From assembly GCA_964016885.1 (NCBI GenBank), contig OZ024759.1, forward strand, positions 6,324,001 through 6,388,000: a DNA stretch of 64,000 bases, read 5' to 3'. Source of the DNA: Eledone cirrhosa. Lineage: Eukaryota. Both the position numbers and the translations under genes were made by a program. The notes under the pieces are model-generated. The model saw nothing but the letters and a program-made list of their open reading frames with translations, had not been told where the DNA came from and searched no databases. This document shows positions 61,422 through 64,000 of this stretch, one piece after another (position 1 is the stretch's first letter; each line of letters opens with the position of its first letter).

Positions 61422-61422
<1 letters not shown>
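57680..61422 (+). mobile_element. Near full-length RTE-clade LINE (APE-RT with PHD-like insert), inactivated; 5' boundary approximate
   Basis: FRVGTMNVGTL, CCIQETRW, SAYAPQ, GDLNGH, SQIDYIL (APE); NYRGIKL, QFGF, DLEKAFD, GVHQGS, YADD, FRYLG (RT); stops at 58192 and 58549 plus frameshifts; (GAT)n tail. Confidence 0.96.
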
Positions 61423-61510
<88 letters not shown>

Positions 61511-61569
61511 GTATTTTCATAGGAAGGGTAAAGGAAAGGAGAGTGTTCTATGTATACTACAGAGCTATT

Positions 61570-61711
61570 TAATTATGTAATAAACAACATAAGACAATTA
61601 TTCCATTTACCAAAGGTTTCACGAAGACAGACGAGCTCAACACAGACGTCTGTCTTCGTGAAACCTTTGGTAAATGGAATAATTGTCTTATGTTGTTTTA
61701 TTACTTAATTA
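61570..61711. other. Fold-back palindrome (about 64-bp arms, 13-nt loop) with a hammerhead 3' half
   Basis: ...TTCCATTTACCAAAGGTTTCACGAAGACAGACG-agctcaacacaga-CGTCTGTCTTCGT-GAAACCTTTGGTA-AATGGAA...; abuts (TA)n. Confidence 0.65.
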
Positions 61712-61721
61712 TATATATATA

Positions 61722-61910
61722 GGGCGGTGAATTGGCAGTATCGGTAGAGGGTTGGATGCCATGCTTTGATGCATAGAGTTACGGCCCTTGCCATTCTGAG
61801 TTCAAATCCCGCCGAGGTTAACTTTGCCTTTCATCCTTACGGGGTCGATAAAATAAAGTACCAGTAATGCACTGGGTAATTGCTGGCCTTGTGCCAAAAG
61901 TAGAAACAAT
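61722..61910 (+). mobile_element. Full-length tRNA-derived SINE
   Basis: A box TGGCAGTATCGG, B box GAGTTCAAATCC, core GCCTTTCATCCTTACGGGGTCGATAAAATAAAGTACCAG; at least 5 copies in the window; flanked by (TA)n. Confidence 0.92.
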
Positions 61911-61986
61911 TATATATATATATATATATATAGTAATAATAAATGGGAAGACTAAAATCCGAAGAGGGCTTGATAAGGATTATATA

Positions 61987-62033
<47 letters not shown>

Positions 62034-62089
62034 TCATCATCATCATTTCATTTTACGTCCCCTTTTCCCTGCTTATATACATATATATC

Positions 62090-62700
62090 TATCTATATAA
62101 TACTAAAAGTCTGTGATTGCTTTCTTGCTCGTCTGTAATGTAATACAGCCAAAAGGGCGCATAATGGAAAAATACTCCAATAATAAAATAACTCTGAAAT
62201 GGGAATACAAACAGAATAAAACAAGTTTGGTGTAAATCAATATTTTCATTATTCAAAAAATACTTTTATTTGAATAGGATTAAAAAAATACATTAAAAAA
62301 ATGTCTTTCAGTGATTTGTCAGTGAATATGATTTCAAAAATACAAGTTGTTTGTACTTTAAGTATCTATTTTTCAGTTTTCTTTAAACAGGCGATATTTG
62401 AATTACAAACAAAAAACATTTTTAAGTGAATATGACTGAAAAATACGAGTTGTTTCTACAGTAAATGTTTATTTAGAAATATTTTTAAGTGAATGTGATT
62501 TCGAAAATACAAGTTGTTGGTACAGTATTTATATTTTAGCTTTCTTTACACAGACAATATTTTAATTTCTTTAAAAATCATTTTCAAGTGAATACGATTA
62601 AAAACATGTTTTGGCATATTTAAAAAATATTCTTAGTGAGAATGACCTTCTAATTATATGTCTGTATATTTTAATTATTTTAAAATTATTTTTAAGTGAA
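62090..62700 (+). mobile_element. AT-rich element with internal degenerate tandem repeats, possibly a Helitron 5' part
   Basis: Starts TCTATATAATAC; AAGTGAAT(A)TGA..AAAATACAAGTTGTT recurs; classification weak. Confidence 0.4.
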
Positions 62701-62728
62701 CGTAGACCCCAAAACACATGGGGTAAGG

Positions 62729-63648
62729 CAGTGATTCTCAACCTTTTTTTGGCCAATGTCACACCTTGGAACACATGAAAAAATAGCGACACACCTGGCT
62801 AAATATAGAAAAATAAATCAAAGAACGCCTACATACTTATACAATTTTTATTCGCTAACAATGTTTCATCCATACCGTGGAGCAAAAATCCTCAGAGCGT
62901 AATTAATAAAAAATATAGTGCTGAATATAAGCTCTACCAAGCTTAGTCACCAGAACAGTAGAGAAACTGTACAGGATAGCATGAGGGAGATTGGATAGGA
63001 TAAGGATGGAGAGAATGCGTACTGGGTTTAATAGTCAACATTATAACAAACCACGATAATACAATAACACAAATGCACACTAATGACGATAACATTTTTT
63101 TTTTTTTCCAAAATATCAAAAAAAAGGCTTCTGTTACGATACAATGACTGGTTTTCTGATTCTAAAAATGTAAAAATCATCTTCATAGCTTATTTGGATT
63201 TTCTCAAAAGAACTCTGAAAATTACGTTATTTTTCAACCACTTTTGGTCATATTTCAGCAAAAATTAGGACTAGATGAAAAAGAAATACATCATTTGTCT
63301 CAGTTTTAGAGGTAGATTTTACCATAGAAGTGGAAAAATGATTCATGATATAAATTTTTTTTTCTTCCGGAGGGGTCCCACCTTAAGACATGTATTGACC
63401 AATATCTATTCATATGATCCATACTAATGACGAACGAAACAATAGAAGATATGGAATTTTTAGCATTGTGACATTTGGAAATATTTCGCTCATCCCTAAA
63501 TGAACAAAGTTATGTGGTGCAACATGTAACAACACAGACTGTGAATACTCAATTGGGATCACGTGGTTTTCACATTTTCTTAGTGTGCCGTTTAAAATTT
63601 TGCAGCATACTTACAAAGACCTCGCGGCACACTGGTTGAGAATCACTG
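62729..63648. mobile_element. Non-autonomous hAT element (920 bp) inserted in an RTE fragment
   Basis: Perfect 15-bp TIRs CAGTGATTCTCAACC / GGTTGAGAATCACTG; 8-bp TSD GGGTAAGG / GGATAAGG. Confidence 0.93.
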
Positions 63649-64000
63649 GGATAAGGTGATAAATTCCGACCTTACACACTTACACCTCTCTAAGACAATG
63701 TCACTGGATCGAGATGTTTGGCGCTACGCAGTAATACAGAAGACCCACCTTTCCTTACATACAAAGTTAACCTACAGTCAGTAGGCCCCTCTTAACCAAA
63801 TATACACCCCACCTCACACCCTTTCTCTGTAAAGTTATGTTGGTACCACAACATCCAGTCCACAGTGTAAAGTGGTCGTGTAGAAAATGGACGTTAAACG
63901 ATGATGATGATGATATATATATATATCATCATCATCATCATCATCGTTTAACATCCATCTTCCACGCTAGCATGGGTTAGACGGTTTTGTACCATTTGAT

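Overview
Repeat-dense animal genomic DNA, not prokaryotic. The SINE/RTE/microsatellite landscape looks like a coleoid cephalopod (inference, not verified). One host gene is well supported: SNAPIN (BLOC-1 subunit 7) on the minus strand, with four coding exons (46684-46500, 36166-36120, 35358-35240, 22782-22690), GT-AG introns with matching phases, and a 147-aa product. The rest is a 17-kb 38-bp satellite with higher-order structure, a 5.8-kb 78-bp satellite open in three reading frames next to the SNAPIN start, and nested transposons. These include tandem Tx1-type LINEs at a (TATC)n site, a Ty3/Gypsy-like LTR element with a 5-bp TSD and no tRNA-type PBS, RTE LINEs carrying a PHD-like finger inside the RT, a CR1 fragment, hAT/piggyBac/pogo MITEs, Helitron-like pieces and tRNA-derived SINEs. 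The most striking hidden signal is a set of minimal type-I hammerhead ribozyme motifs of the Penelope-like-element type: three with full topology and two 3' halves. Most sit in fold-back palindromes whose symmetry breakpoint lies in or beside ribozyme stem II.
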